IMG/VR virus record: IMGVR_UViG_3300028024_000003
DNA: 64,000 nt
Strand: one strand, 5' to 3'
From: a virus
The translations under genes and the position numbers were made by a program. Every line of letters starts with the position of its first letter. The stretch's first letter is position 1. A model generated the notes under the pieces. It made no database searches. It saw only the letters and a list, made by a program, of their open reading frames with translations, and had not been told where the DNA came from. Positions 35,798-45,696 of the stretch are shown here, piece after piece.

Positions 35798-36241
35798 ATG
35801 AAGAACGTAGTCAGCATCGCCCTGAACGACATCACGCCAATGTCGGACCGCATGGAAGTGAAGCTGGATGGTGTGACGCTAGGTGCTGTTGACCTGGCCG
35901 TTGTCGAAGACCAGGATAGCCCGGTTCTGCCGGCACTCATCCTGCTCGGGTTCAGCACGGTCCGGCTCGTGAGCGAAGCAGGTATCGAAACGCGCTACAC
36001 AATGACCGATTTGCTGAAGAGCAAGCCGGTGACGTATGCGGTGCCGGTGCCGACGCTCGGCGACATCTCGCTTTCGCGTCGTTGGAGCGAGCCGCTCGAA
36101 GCCTATCGCCTGGACGTGGCCTTCAACGGCAAGCAAGTCCAGAGTGTCGATGCGGGCATGGGCATGAAGACGCTGCGCGAAGTGCTTGTGCAGTTGGGCT
36201 TCACCGTCGGCCATTTCGAAGAGTTCGCGCAAGCCGCGTAA
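35798..36241 (+). CDS. Hypothetical protein with internal two-fold repeat
   Basis: GAGAGG RBS; RMEVKLDG...ILLGFS resembles RLDVAFNG...VQLGFT. Confidence 0.75.
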   Translation: MKNVVSIALNDITPMSDRMEVKLDGVTLGAVDLAVVEDQDSPVLPALILLGFSTVRLVSEAGIETRYTMTDLLKSKPVTYAVPVPTLGDISLSRRWSEPLEAYRLDVAFNGKQVQSVDAGMGMKTLREVLVQLGFTVGHFEEFAQAA

Positions 36242-36296
36242 CGCCAGTTCTGCCCTTTCGGACTCCCATTTGGGAGTCCTTTCTCATTCTGCAACG

Positions 36297-36842
36297 TTAT
36301 GCCGCTTGCTTGATGAGGAACCGCGTACGGTCTTCCGCGTCGCGAATCCAGACGGGAGCCATGCCGCGACCTGTCCACGTTACGCCACTTTCCGGGTCGC
36401 GATATTTCGGCGCGACCGTTACTTTTTTGCGCGCTTTACCGCTCGATGCGCCAGTCGGAACGACTTTCAGGTGGCGCTTCGTTGCCGGCGCGGCGGCCGC
36501 TTCGTCCTGGTTGATGAGAAACTTCGAGCGGTCCTTGACGTCCTTAATCCATGCCGGTGGTCGGGCGTGGCCGCTCCAAGTTTCGCCCGTCTTGGGGTTC
36601 ATATACTTCGCGGGCAATTTGCCTTTGGCTGTGGTGGCCACCGAAGCCTTCTTGGCCTTTACTGCCTTTGTGACTTTCGATGTGCGCGCGGTGGGGTTGC
36701 CAATGTCTTCCAGCGTCAGCTCATTCTTCAACATCAGGTCGTGAATCTTTGCGATGACCGATTGCATAGATTTCTTGCGCAAAGAATCAGCTTGGACCTG
36801 CAGCTTTTGAATGCGTGCCTGGATGGCTTCCAAAGTCGCCAT
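36297..36842 (-). CDS. H-NS-family protein with two DNA-binding domains
   Basis: N-terminal coiled coil; KYMNPKTGETWSGHARPPAW and KYRDPESGVTWTGRGMAPVW. Confidence 0.88.
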   Translation of the reverse strand: MATLEAIQARIQKLQVQADSLRKKSMQSVIAKIHDLMLKNELTLEDIGNPTARTSKVTKAVKAKKASVATTAKGKLPAKYMNPKTGETWSGHARPPAWIKDVKDRSKFLINQDEAAAAPATKRHLKVVPTGASSGKARKKVTVAPKYRDPESGVTWTGRGMAPVWIRDAEDRTRFLIKQAA

Positions 36843-37022
36843 TTAATCTCCTTGGGTAGTGCGAGTTGAGGACATATCGAGATGATACCCATTCATCTAA
36901 CTTTTTAAAGTTTCGAACATAGGTCGAAATTTGGCTTAATTCAAGCAATGATTTGGGCAAAATTTGGGCCAGAGCCTCGGTTAATGACTCATTGTGCATA
37001 ATCCCCAAAGAGTGGGTTTTGC

Positions 37023-38177
37023 TTAACGACCTTGAGACGCAAAACCTGAACTCCTTCCACGGCCGCGGAACCCAGCTGCGCGACCTGCTTTTGACCCGTG
37101 CCTTAGCGTCAGGACAGGACGCCGAACAAGCAATGAACTATTTGCAGGTTTTAATGCATCTCGATGATGAATCGCGTGTCGCACCGCGAGCGTTATCGCA
37201 GAAAGTGCCACCGTTAGCTGGCCAGCTTGTGTCGCGGTGGCCGAATCAACGGGAAGGCCGTCCGGGGGCGCGTCGAGCATATGACTTGCAACACGCGCAA
37301 TAACCTCTGCTCGAACTGCGGCAGAGAACCCTGTGCTCATCTGTTTCGGTGGACGTGATGCGGATTGAGAACCCAGCACCTTCTTGAGTGCGGCATCGAA
37401 TTCTTGCCAGGTTGCATCAACGCAATACGAATCCGGCAAGGTCCACCTGAACCTTGGCGCCCCGACCAAAGTTGATGTCACTGGCTCCTCTTCGAGCAAG
37501 CGAATGCTTATTCGGCAACTTTTCCGGCGCAAGTTAGAAAGCGACTCGTGATGGTGATTGCCATCTGATGTCCGCCATGCATATTTGCTTGCGCTCCCGT
37601 ACCATTTCTCCGAAATAAGGGTGTATCCCGGGTCAACGTCGGAGCCCATCTGTGCCATCTCGTGCAATTGCGCTTGCTCGGCCTTCTGGAGCTGTGCCAC
37701 AGTCATCCTGACGGAATTGCCCGCTGAGTCGACGAATTCATACGGCCACTGTGGGCCATGCCATTCGGCATTCAGCAATGTGTAACCCTGTCGCGCTGCC
37801 TGGCGAGCCAATCGCGCACGACCGCCCTGCATGACCGGTCCAGGTCGCGATGCGTGCGTCGGGACCTCGGCTACGTAACGAATCTTGCCGGTACCGACGA
37901 CGAGTCCCGCGCGGTCGATAAGCGGGTAATCGGATTGAATACCTGTCCAGGCGGCCGGACCAAATCTTAATCCTTGCGCGTGGACGCGAGTTGCCGCTTC
38001 AGAAACCGCCTTAATCATCCCGTTTTTCAGCTCAAGCCACATCCGTGCAGGCGCCGCTTCGTAGTAAAGCCCGTCGGGCAACTCGAGTCTGAATATTTCC
38101 TCGCTATCAAGCGTTTCGCATACGGCCACCGGCCAAGGACTGGCCATTTTGCGCACAATCTTCAGTAGATGTTCCAT
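37023..38177 (-). CDS. Hypothetical protein with atypical composition and a repeated module
   Basis: GYTLLNAEWHG...YEF and GYTLISEKWYG...YAW repeats; lower GC3. Confidence 0.6.
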   Translation of the reverse strand: MEHLLKIVRKMASPWPVAVCETLDSEEIFRLELPDGLYYEAAPARMWLELKNGMIKAVSEAATRVHAQGLRFGPAAWTGIQSDYPLIDRAGLVVGTGKIRYVAEVPTHASRPGPVMQGGRARLARQAARQGYTLLNAEWHGPQWPYEFVDSAGNSVRMTVAQLQKAEQAQLHEMAQMGSDVDPGYTLISEKWYGSASKYAWRTSDGNHHHESLSNLRRKSCRISIRLLEEEPVTSTLVGAPRFRWTLPDSYCVDATWQEFDAALKKVLGSQSASRPPKQMSTGFSAAVRAEVIARVASHMLDAPPDGLPVDSATATQAGQLTVALSAITLAVRHAIHHRDALKPANSSLLVRRPVLTLRHGSKAGRAAGFRGRGRSSGFASQGR

Positions 38178-38192
38178 CTGAATGCTCCCACG

Positions 38193-39143
38193 TCAGGTCA
38201 GAAGTCCCGCATGAACGAGCTCAAACTCGAGTCGAATCATCGTGTTTTCGGGCCAGGCGCCCATATAAAGATTTGCGGCGCTACGGAGCTTTGATGCTTT
38301 ACGCGGATGCCTTGCAATCCATGAGGCCAGTCCTAGAGCTGCGCGACTTCCGTAGAAGCCGGCATGCCCAAGGTAGCCACCCAACCCTCCGGGAGCGGCG
38401 AAGCCGAACGCCTGTGCGACTTCTAACGCAGATTGCTCGGTGAGGCCCGAAAGTCTTGCACGCACCTGTGTCGAGTATTTCGCCAACATGTACCCACCGC
38501 GCTCGTCCGGTTCAATACTCCCAGGGCCAAACGCGACGTAGCCCAGATAATCGCCGGTTCTTACCCGGTCTACCCGAAGGTAAAGCTCATTGTCGGCCAT
38601 ACCGTGAAAGGCCAGGCCATCCCGCACGATTGAGAAGAACGCGTCCGCCCGTTGTTTGACAGGTTCATCATCCTGCGCGGCCGCCAGGGCCGGACAGTCT
38701 GCGGCTAGCTTAAGAAGTTCCTTTGTGGAGGGTGTTCGGTTAAGCCATGATGCGGGGAAAGACGCGTCTGCCGCTAACGCCTTGATGTCCTCGACAAACG
38801 AGAACAGCACCTCGGAAGAACGCCGTTGCGCAGTCGGCTGCCAGAACGTAGCGAGTTTGGTTGCCGTACCGGATGGAATACTGAGACGTTGCGCCAGTAG
38901 TTCCGCCTGCTCGCGGATTCGCCTGGTCCGTCCAGGATTGCCGACGTCGCTCAGACTGTCGTCCGGGACGAAAACATCGAGGGTCAAAAGATTCTGCCAG
39001 CTAGTCGCCGACAGCATGGATGCGGTGAGCTCCTGGGCTCGAGAAGTCTTTAGCCCTGTCCACTTTGCGAGGAGGCTGGCATTTTTCTTGACGCGGGAAA
39101 GGTCTATCGGTACTGCAATCGGCTCAGTCATCGTCTTCTCCAT
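38193..39143 (-). CDS. Hypothetical protein with atypical composition
   Basis: Long ORF with lower GC3; start uncertain (39131-39170). Confidence 0.6.
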   Translation of the reverse strand: MEKTMTEPIAVPIDLSRVKKNASLLAKWTGLKTSRAQELTASMLSATSWQNLLTLDVFVPDDSLSDVGNPGRTRRIREQAELLAQRLSIPSGTATKLATFWQPTAQRRSSEVLFSFVEDIKALAADASFPASWLNRTPSTKELLKLAADCPALAAAQDDEPVKQRADAFFSIVRDGLAFHGMADNELYLRVDRVRTGDYLGYVAFGPGSIEPDERGGYMLAKYSTQVRARLSGLTEQSALEVAQAFGFAAPGGLGGYLGHAGFYGSRAALGLASWIARHPRKASKLRSAANLYMGAWPENTMIRLEFELVHAGLLT

Positions 39144-39308
39144 TGCGTACGTCCCACCGTCCGTACGCAAGAGAAAAGACCGCCTGAGGCGGATTGCGTA
39201 CGACGAATACTCGCTTGGTGCAGTGTCCGTCGCTTGGCGACGTTTGCCGGTGGGGGCACGGATGACGACCGTTCAGAAAAAGATAGCACAATCCCGCGGG
39301 CCAAGGCC

Positions 39309-39346
39309 AAAAAAGAAAAACCCTCCAAGCCGAAGCAAGGAGGGTT
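39309..39346 (-). terminator. Terminator after the RNR gene
   Basis: aaccctcc/ggagggtt stem with long A-tract on + strand. Confidence 0.7.
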
Positions 39347-39407
39347 GTTGAGGAGTTTTGCTTACCTGTCAGCACGGACCTGCGCCCGCACTATCAGAAC
39401 ACCCGCG

Positions 39408-41639
39408 CTAGAACGTGATTTCGCATGCACCGCCTGCACAACCCTGCGACGCCAGCGTATCGGCATCGACATAGTCACGCTTGGCCAGCGCTTCCGAGAA
39501 GTCGATTTCCTTCATGGTCTTCTGGATGCTCACCCACTTATGCAGGTTGTAGCAGTCCTTCAGGCAGAAGGTCGTCTTCAGCTCGTCACCGTTGAAGAAG
39601 CTTTCGGCGAACTTGGCAAAACGACGCACCCAGTCACGCTTGAGCAGGTCGCCCGCTTCGTCCGTCAGCTTCAGCCCCATCCCCGTCGCCGTATTGCACG
39701 CCATCCACAGGTCGTCATTGAAGGCATGCAGCCCGTCGACAATCAGACCCGAAGCGAACATGCTCGCGTCGCCGTACGTGTGCAGAATGTCTTCCGCGGT
39801 GAGCACTTCCGTGAACGGTGCCTGGGCATACGCCTTGTCACCCATGGCCGACAGCAGTGAAATGCCGGCGAACCACTCACGGTTATCGAAGATGTACTGC
39901 TCCACTTCGTCCCAATCGTCCACCGAGATGGTGTTGGAGATGTTGTGGCGCAACTTCGGATGCACACACAGCTCGACGTTCGTGCCGTTTTCAACCCAGA
40001 ACTGCTGGGCCTTCTTCACGTACTCCAACTGCTTCACGCCCATCAGGTCCGCCTTGCAAATCGAACCTTCCTTCGTGAAGACCGGGAAGCTCACGACGAT
40101 GTCGGTGCCGTTGCTGCTCCAGACGCTCTTCTCAACCATTTTCGGGTTGACTGCCTGAATCAGCTTGGCCACTTCATCTTCGACGTTCATCTGCACGTTT
40201 CGGAAGTACAGCGCCGAGTGCGCGCCGTGGATACCCGACTCGGTCTGCAGCAGAACCGACGCGTTGCCCGAAGGCTTGGCGCAGGTCGTACGTGCCGCCG
40301 CACGGATACCAATCAGCTTGGCAACTTCACGGTTAACCCGCTTGACGATTTCAGCCCCTTGTTTCAGGATTTCCTCGTCGAACAGGATATGCGGATTGTT
40401 CATCCAGCCCGTGATGGATACACCGATGAGTGCCTCGCGTTCCGTGATGCGGCGCGTAGCGTCGCTCAGGTACTTGAAGTTGGTGTAACCAGCCTGCAGC
40501 GTGCCGAGAATCGCGCTCGCCTCGCACATCGCGAAGAAGATTTCCTTCGTGGTGCACTTGGCGCCGTTACCTTCGGTCAGATTGCAGAACTGGAAACCCG
40601 ACTCGCCGGTTTCGACGCAAATCGGACGCATGCCGATTTCCACGCACGGGTTGTACGCGAAATCGAAGTCGTCCACGAAGATAAAGCCGGGTTCGCCGAA
40701 ATCACGCACACTGCGCATGATGGCGGCCCATTCCTCGCGGGTGAGCTCGTCCTTCTTGAGCACGACAGAGTTGTTGCTGCGGCCGCGTTGCGGGTTGTGG
40801 ACGAACCAGTCACCCGTCTTGGCCTTGAGCATCTCCTCGTCGAACTTGTCGAACAGACAGATGGTGGCCGAACGGCGCACACCACCCGACAGCACGGCAT
40901 CCGACATGTGCATCACGAAGTCGTAGACCACGATGGCACGCATGTCGTCGCGACCTTCCGCAAGCGTACGCTCGAGCAGCGCTTCACACTTCAGCAGCGC
41001 GTTACGCAGACCTTCTGCGCCCGGCGCCTTGAAGCCACCCGAAATAAGTGCGCCCTTCGGACGAATCTTCGAGAAATCGAAGAGCACCGGCGAGCCCTTG
41101 AATGCGGGGAACGTACCTCCATCCACGAAATATGAGGACAGCAGCACGCCGAACGCGTCAGCCCAGCCTTCGATACTGTCGGGCACCTGGAACACCTTCG
41201 CGCTGTCGGCCGAACGCGCCTGAATGCGCGGCAGCTTCGAGACGTGGCGTTCCTGAACGGAGAAGCCGACACCGCAGCCACACAGCAGGAGGTACATGGC
41301 TTCCTGGAAGAAAGCCGCGCGGTCCGCATGCGAAACCGAGCAGTTGTACATCTTTGCTTCGTGGCGCAGCAGCTGCTCACCGCCGAACTGCAGCGCGCGT
41401 TGCGCGCCCAGCACGAGTTGCGAGCTGTAAGCCGCCTGAGCCTTGTCCATAAAGGCCTTGAGCTCGGGCGACATGCGGTCGGCATACTTGCCGCGGTGCA
41501 TCGCCATCACACGTTCCACGGATTCATCCCAGGTTTCGTAGGCACCTTTGCCTTCGACCCAGCGGGAGTAGCCCATGAAGAACTTGGATTGGGACAGCAT
41601 TTGCTTGCCCAGCGACGTATTTTGGGTAGTGTTGGTCAT
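39408..41639 (-). CDS. nrdJ: Ribonucleotide reductase, probably class II (B12-dependent, monomeric NrdJ type)
   Basis: YNC, GCGVGFS, GGVRRSA, GEPG, NPCVEI, CNLTE, TTCAKPSG; no nrdB next to it. Confidence 0.82.
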   Translation of the reverse strand: MTNTTQNTSLGKQMLSQSKFFMGYSRWVEGKGAYETWDESVERVMAMHRGKYADRMSPELKAFMDKAQAAYSSQLVLGAQRALQFGGEQLLRHEAKMYNCSVSHADRAAFFQEAMYLLLCGCGVGFSVQERHVSKLPRIQARSADSAKVFQVPDSIEGWADAFGVLLSSYFVDGGTFPAFKGSPVLFDFSKIRPKGALISGGFKAPGAEGLRNALLKCEALLERTLAEGRDDMRAIVVYDFVMHMSDAVLSGGVRRSATICLFDKFDEEMLKAKTGDWFVHNPQRGRSNNSVVLKKDELTREEWAAIMRSVRDFGEPGFIFVDDFDFAYNPCVEIGMRPICVETGESGFQFCNLTEGNGAKCTTKEIFFAMCEASAILGTLQAGYTNFKYLSDATRRITEREALIGVSITGWMNNPHILFDEEILKQGAEIVKRVNREVAKLIGIRAAARTTCAKPSGNASVLLQTESGIHGAHSALYFRNVQMNVEDEVAKLIQAVNPKMVEKSVWSSNGTDIVVSFPVFTKEGSICKADLMGVKQLEYVKKAQQFWVENGTNVELCVHPKLRHNISNTISVDDWDEVEQYIFDNREWFAGISLLSAMGDKAYAQAPFTEVLTAEDILHTYGDASMFASGLIVDGLHAFNDDLWMACNTATGMGLKLTDEAGDLLKRDWVRRFAKFAESFFNGDELKTTFCLKDCYNLHKWVSIQKTMKEIDFSEALAKRDYVDADTLASQGCAGGACEITF

Positions 41640-41836
41640 GATGTATGTTTCCTCTATAAATTAACAGCGAAATTGCTGCAAATCAGTATAGAGGCGGATG
41701 TTGACAGACTGCGCTTTAAAAGGTATGTGTTACTCAAAACACCTACCGGATGCGGCGCGTTATTGAGGCAAACTTGCGTTTATGCGTGTTTTATAGTATA
41801 GTCCAAAACATCCATCGAACGCTACAAGGACTTCGC

Positions 41837-42934
41837 ATGACCCGCGTCTACCGCCGTGACGGCAACGACTTCTTCCCCACCAGCACCGAAGCACTCGCCA
41901 TCGAGGAAACCCTGCCGCCGGGGACGTACGCGGTCCGGCATGGCGCACTGGTTGGCTACTACCTGGAGCGCATCGACACTTTCGAGCTGCCGGCGAAGCT
42001 CTACGGCGACGTCAACAGCCGTGCGCGACGCATCCTGAACACGTTCCAGAGTCGACCGAACGGCACTGGCGTGCTGCTCTCGGGCCACAAGGGCGCGGGC
42101 AAGACGATGCTGACGAAGCAGATTGCGACGCTGGCGTTGTCCGAGGGCATCCCGACGCTGGTAATCAATGAGGCGTTCTGTGGCGACGAGTTCAACGCAT
42201 TCATCGGCGGCATGCCGCAGGCAGCGGTCATCCTGTTCGACGAATTCGAAAAGGTGTACGACCAGGACAAGCAGCCGCAGCTGCTGACGCTGCTCGACGG
42301 CCTGTATCCGACGAAGAAGCTGTACCTGCTGACGGTCAATGACCGCCATCGCATCGACAAGCATATGATTAACCGGCCGGGCCGTCTGTTCTACTCGTTG
42401 GACTTCGCGGGACTCACCCGCGCGTTCGTCGAGGAATACTGTGTCGACAAGCTGGAAAACCAGGCAAACCTGCGCGGCGTGTTGAACGTCGCAGCGTTTT
42501 TTACCGAATTCACGTTCGACATGCTGCAGGCGCTCGTCGAGGAAATGAACCGGTACAACGAGAACGCAAGCGATGCGATGCAGATGCTGAACATGCGGCC
42601 GCAGAACGACGAAGGCAGCACCTACACCGTCAAGGGCCTGCGCAACGGGACTCCTATCCTGTGCGAATACCAGAATCACGACTCGGTGCATCGCAGCCCG
42701 CTGACGCTGAACGGGCTGGAAGTTACGTTCGTCGCGTTCGACGAGGATGACCGTCCGGAAGGCGGTCTGGAGGAAACGGTCACGTACACGCTGGACATCA
42801 ACCTGCTGCGGGAAGTGAACATCGACGAAGGCCGATTTGTCTTCGGCACGAATGACCCGGAGGTTGTGGTGGTGTTCACTCGCCCGCGCCTGCGTAGCTC
42901 CACCGTCAATTACGACCTGCCTGCAGCAGCGTAA
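41837..42934 (+). CDS. AAA+ ATPase
   Basis: GHKGAGKT Walker A, ILFDEFEK Walker B, LLTLLDG, NRPGR arginine finger; TTGCGT-17 nt-TATAGT promoter. Confidence 0.88.
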   Translation: MTRVYRRDGNDFFPTSTEALAIEETLPPGTYAVRHGALVGYYLERIDTFELPAKLYGDVNSRARRILNTFQSRPNGTGVLLSGHKGAGKTMLTKQIATLALSEGIPTLVINEAFCGDEFNAFIGGMPQAAVILFDEFEKVYDQDKQPQLLTLLDGLYPTKKLYLLTVNDRHRIDKHMINRPGRLFYSLDFAGLTRAFVEEYCVDKLENQANLRGVLNVAAFFTEFTFDMLQALVEEMNRYNENASDAMQMLNMRPQNDEGSTYTVKGLRNGTPILCEYQNHDSVHRSPLTLNGLEVTFVAFDEDDRPEGGLEETVTYTLDINLLREVNIDEGRFVFGTNDPEVVVVFTRPRLRSSTVNYDLPAAA

Positions 42935-42942
42935 ACGCGACG

Positions 42943-43476
42943 ATGAAACGAAGCGCCGAATTCTCCCCTTGCCGCCTATACCGCTACACGCTGTGGCGCT
43001 GGTGGGGTCCGGCGCCTGGTGACGTCGACCGCGGCTACGTCGTGTTTGTCGGGCTCAACCCGAGCACGGCAGACGAAGTCAACGACGACCCGACCATTCG
43101 GCGGTGCATCGCTTTCGCGCGGGCTTGGGGCTTCAGCGGCCTTTGCATGGTCAATCTCTTCGCGTTTCGCTCGAAAGAACCAGCGGACATGCTCGCCGCC
43201 GCGGACCCGGTTGGCCCGGAAAACGATGTGTGGCTCAAGCGACTCGCGAGCAAAGCAGGCCTCGTCGTGGCTGCCTGGGGCGTACATGGCACGCACATGG
43301 CGCGCGATACGCAGGTAAAGCAGCTCATCCCGGAGATGCACTACCTGCGTCTCACGAAAGACGGGCATCCAGGGCATCCGCTGTACCTGCCGAAGACGCT
43401 GTTGCCGCAGCCGTTCGCGCCATTGAAGCACTCACAACATGAACAGACTGAAGCACTTTTTCTCGCCCGCGCGTGA
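42943..43476 (+). CDS. DUF1643-family protein
   Basis: YRYTLWR, GLNPSTAD...DDPTIRRC, VNLFA, AAWG, PGHPLY. Confidence 0.85.
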   Translation: MKRSAEFSPCRLYRYTLWRWWGPAPGDVDRGYVVFVGLNPSTADEVNDDPTIRRCIAFARAWGFSGLCMVNLFAFRSKEPADMLAAADPVGPENDVWLKRLASKAGLVVAAWGVHGTHMARDTQVKQLIPEMHYLRLTKDGHPGHPLYLPKTLLPQPFAPLKHSQHEQTEALFLARA

Positions 43477-43732
43477 TGCGCGGAATGCATATCTCGAAGG
43501 GCTACAACGAGGCGCGAAGCGTCCGCCCGCCTTCGACCTCGTCGTGATGACCAGCACGCTTGTCTGCGCCTGGCTATGTATCGCGGGCATTGTGTACTGG
43601 ATGCGCGCGACGCTGGTGGAAGACAAGGCGTTCATCGCTTTCGTCGCGATTGTGCTCATTTTTTGCATCCGGAAGGCAATCTACGTCACGGTGCTGATGG
43701 CGCATGTGGTGCGCACACCACCGTCTGCCTGA
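43439..43732 (+). CDS. Small membrane protein
   Basis: Two TM helices; operonic. Confidence 0.55.
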   Translation: MNRLKHFFSPARDARNAYLEGLQRGAKRPPAFDLVVMTSTLVCAWLCIAGIVYWMRATLVEDKAFIAFVAIVLIFCIRKAIYVTVLMAHVVRTPPSA

Positions 43733-43748
43733 GACACACGGGATACTC

Positions 43749-44264
43749 ATGAAGAAACTATTCAAGACACTGGCGCTCACTGGCGCGCTCGCCGTGGCGC
43801 TCGCGGGCTGTGGGCAGACGCAGGAACAGATGGCGCGCAGCGTCAGCGCGGCAATGGAAACAGCATTCCCGAAGGACTTCAGCAAGCTCGTATTCGACGA
43901 GCAGCCGCCCTTCGACAACGCGCCAGCTCCGACCCTCGTGTTCAAGGGCGCGGACTCGACCATTATCTCCGTGAGCAAACCCGCCCATCGAGAGCACTGG
44001 CGCGAGTGGATGAGCATGTCGGGCCTGGCGGTCACCAAAAACGGCCGTTGGTTCGAGTTCGTCTACGAATCCGATTTGACGCATGACGAAGGCTTACTGT
44101 CGTCAAAGGCCTGTGTCGAGGACGGCTGCAGGCGCTTTTCGAGCGTCCATTCTGTCGGACTGGAGACGGCCAAGCGTTGGTACTTCGACAGCGACCAGTT
44201 CACGCCTGAGCGCTACCACGCGCTCTTCAATGAAGTCGCGCCGGCCAAGCGCGAGTCTGCCTAA
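43749..44264 (+). CDS. Lipoprotein
   Basis: MKKL signal peptide with LAGC lipobox. Confidence 0.8.
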   Translation: MKKLFKTLALTGALAVALAGCGQTQEQMARSVSAAMETAFPKDFSKLVFDEQPPFDNAPAPTLVFKGADSTIISVSKPAHREHWREWMSMSGLAVTKNGRWFEFVYESDLTHDEGLLSSKACVEDGCRRFSSVHSVGLETAKRWYFDSDQFTPERYHALFNEVAPAKRESA

Positions 44265-44272
44265 GGATTCTA

Positions 44273-44749
44273 GTGCTGAACATTGACCTGGCAGGCGCAC
44301 CGCCTACTCGAACCGACCTGGCCGCGGCGCAAGCAGACCTTGCAGCTCGCAGACGCCTCTACGCGCTACTCCTGATTCCCTGTTTCATCGCTCTCGTGCC
44401 GGCGGCATGGCTCACGCGGGATTCGGCTTTCGGGGGCGGCCTCGTAGGGCTTGTCTTCTCGGTCGTGACAGGAGTGCTCTGCATCCTGCTGATGAACTCG
44501 GCGCTCGCGCGAGGTCTGCTGGCTCCGGTGACGCCCGCGCTATGTCCCGACCTCGAGACCGCAATGCGGGACCCCGTTGTCGCTCGTTATGTTGAGGCGA
44601 TTCAACGCCAAGGCCGCGCGGTCACGCATCGGGAAGCGAGCGAAATTAGGGCGCACGCGAGCGAGACCATCAAGCACGCCGAATCCCGGCGCGCCGCCGC
44701 AGCCTGGCAGCGTGTGCACGGCAAGCCATTCGAGAATGCCGGCCAATAA
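44273..44749 (+). CDS. Two-TM membrane protein (paralog of 60560-61063)
   Basis: TM pair followed by C..L....P.V..Y...R..T..E pattern. Confidence 0.65.
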   Translation: MLNIDLAGAPPTRTDLAAAQADLAARRRLYALLLIPCFIALVPAAWLTRDSAFGGGLVGLVFSVVTGVLCILLMNSALARGLLAPVTPALCPDLETAMRDPVVARYVEAIQRQGRAVTHREASEIRAHASETIKHAESRRAAAAWQRVHGKPFENAGQ

Positions 44750-44765
44750 CAAGGAGCTTCAACCT

Positions 44766-45062
44766 ATGACAACACATGCACCTGCGAACGTGGTCGCTGT
44801 GGCCAAGCCGGGGTATCACCTGGTCACCATTCCGCGCGGCGAACTCGGCGAAATCTCCAAGATTCAGGAGGAGCTGGACGAACTGCGCGATGCCATGGCG
44901 CAGGGTTCCCGCGTGATGGCTGCGGTCGAGCTCTCCGACATGATGGGCGCCATCCACGCTTTCATGGCGCGGCACCTCCCGGGCCTGACGATTCAGGACC
45001 TGCTCACGTTTTCTGACATCACCAAGCGAGCATTCGTCAATGGCCAGCGTACTTCGCGGTGA
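44766..45062 (+). CDS. MazG-like all-alpha NTP pyrophosphatase-like protein
   Basis: KIQEELDELRDA...VELSD acidic helix pattern (EExxE...ExxD). Confidence 0.55.
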   Translation: MTTHAPANVVAVAKPGYHLVTIPRGELGEISKIQEELDELRDAMAQGSRVMAAVELSDMMGAIHAFMARHLPGLTIQDLLTFSDITKRAFVNGQRTSR

Positions 45063-45696
45063 GCCGAGGGCGGCCGCGGTGACCGGCCCGTTTCCCCAAA
45101 ACAGCCTGCTGCTTCTGCACCTCGCGCTTCAGTGGTGGCAGACGCAAGGGCTCCAGTACGTCGACCTGCCGTGGATGGTGCCCTCGCGCTATGTCGATGC
45201 GCACCGGCCATCGTTCTGCCGCGACGTGCCTACGCTGCATGGTTCGTTTGTTGGCTCCGGCGAACAGAGCTTCCTGATGCTGCGCGAACAGGGGCTTCTC
45301 GCTTGCGGCGCGCCGGGTTATATCGGCTGGACGCCCTGCCTGCGTGATGAGGCCGTGCTCGATGAGACGCACCAGCACGGCTTCATGAAGGCTGAATGGT
45401 ACGTGCCTCTCTCGCGCGCGGATGTCTCCAGCTGGCGCGAACGCCTCGACGAAATGCTCGCTGCGCAGGAAATGATGTTCCGGACTGTTGCGCTTTATGC
45501 AGAAGGTCCTATTGGGCTTCGTATCGACCGCGAAGAGGCCGGTGCGGCACAGCACGACCTGGTGGTCGGCGGCCTGGAAATCGGCTCCTACGGCCTGCGT
45601 CACTTCGAAGGGCAATCGTATCTCTACGGTACTGCGTTGGCGCTGCCTAGATTCGCGCAGGCGCTCGAGCGCGTGCCACCTGCAAAACGAGATTGA
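45040..45696 (+). CDS. Stand-alone class II aminoacyl-tRNA-synthetase-like catalytic core; start may be GTG 45079
   Basis: Motif 2-like TPCLRDE, GFMKAE, LEIGSYG, motif 3-like GTALALPRF; no anticodon-binding domain. Confidence 0.65.
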   Translation: MASVLRGEPRAAAVTGPFPQNSLLLLHLALQWWQTQGLQYVDLPWMVPSRYVDAHRPSFCRDVPTLHGSFVGSGEQSFLMLREQGLLACGAPGYIGWTPCLRDEAVLDETHQHGFMKAEWYVPLSRADVSSWRERLDEMLAAQEMMFRTVALYAEGPIGLRIDREEAGAAQHDLVVGGLEIGSYGLRHFEGQSYLYGTALALPRFAQALERVPPAKRD

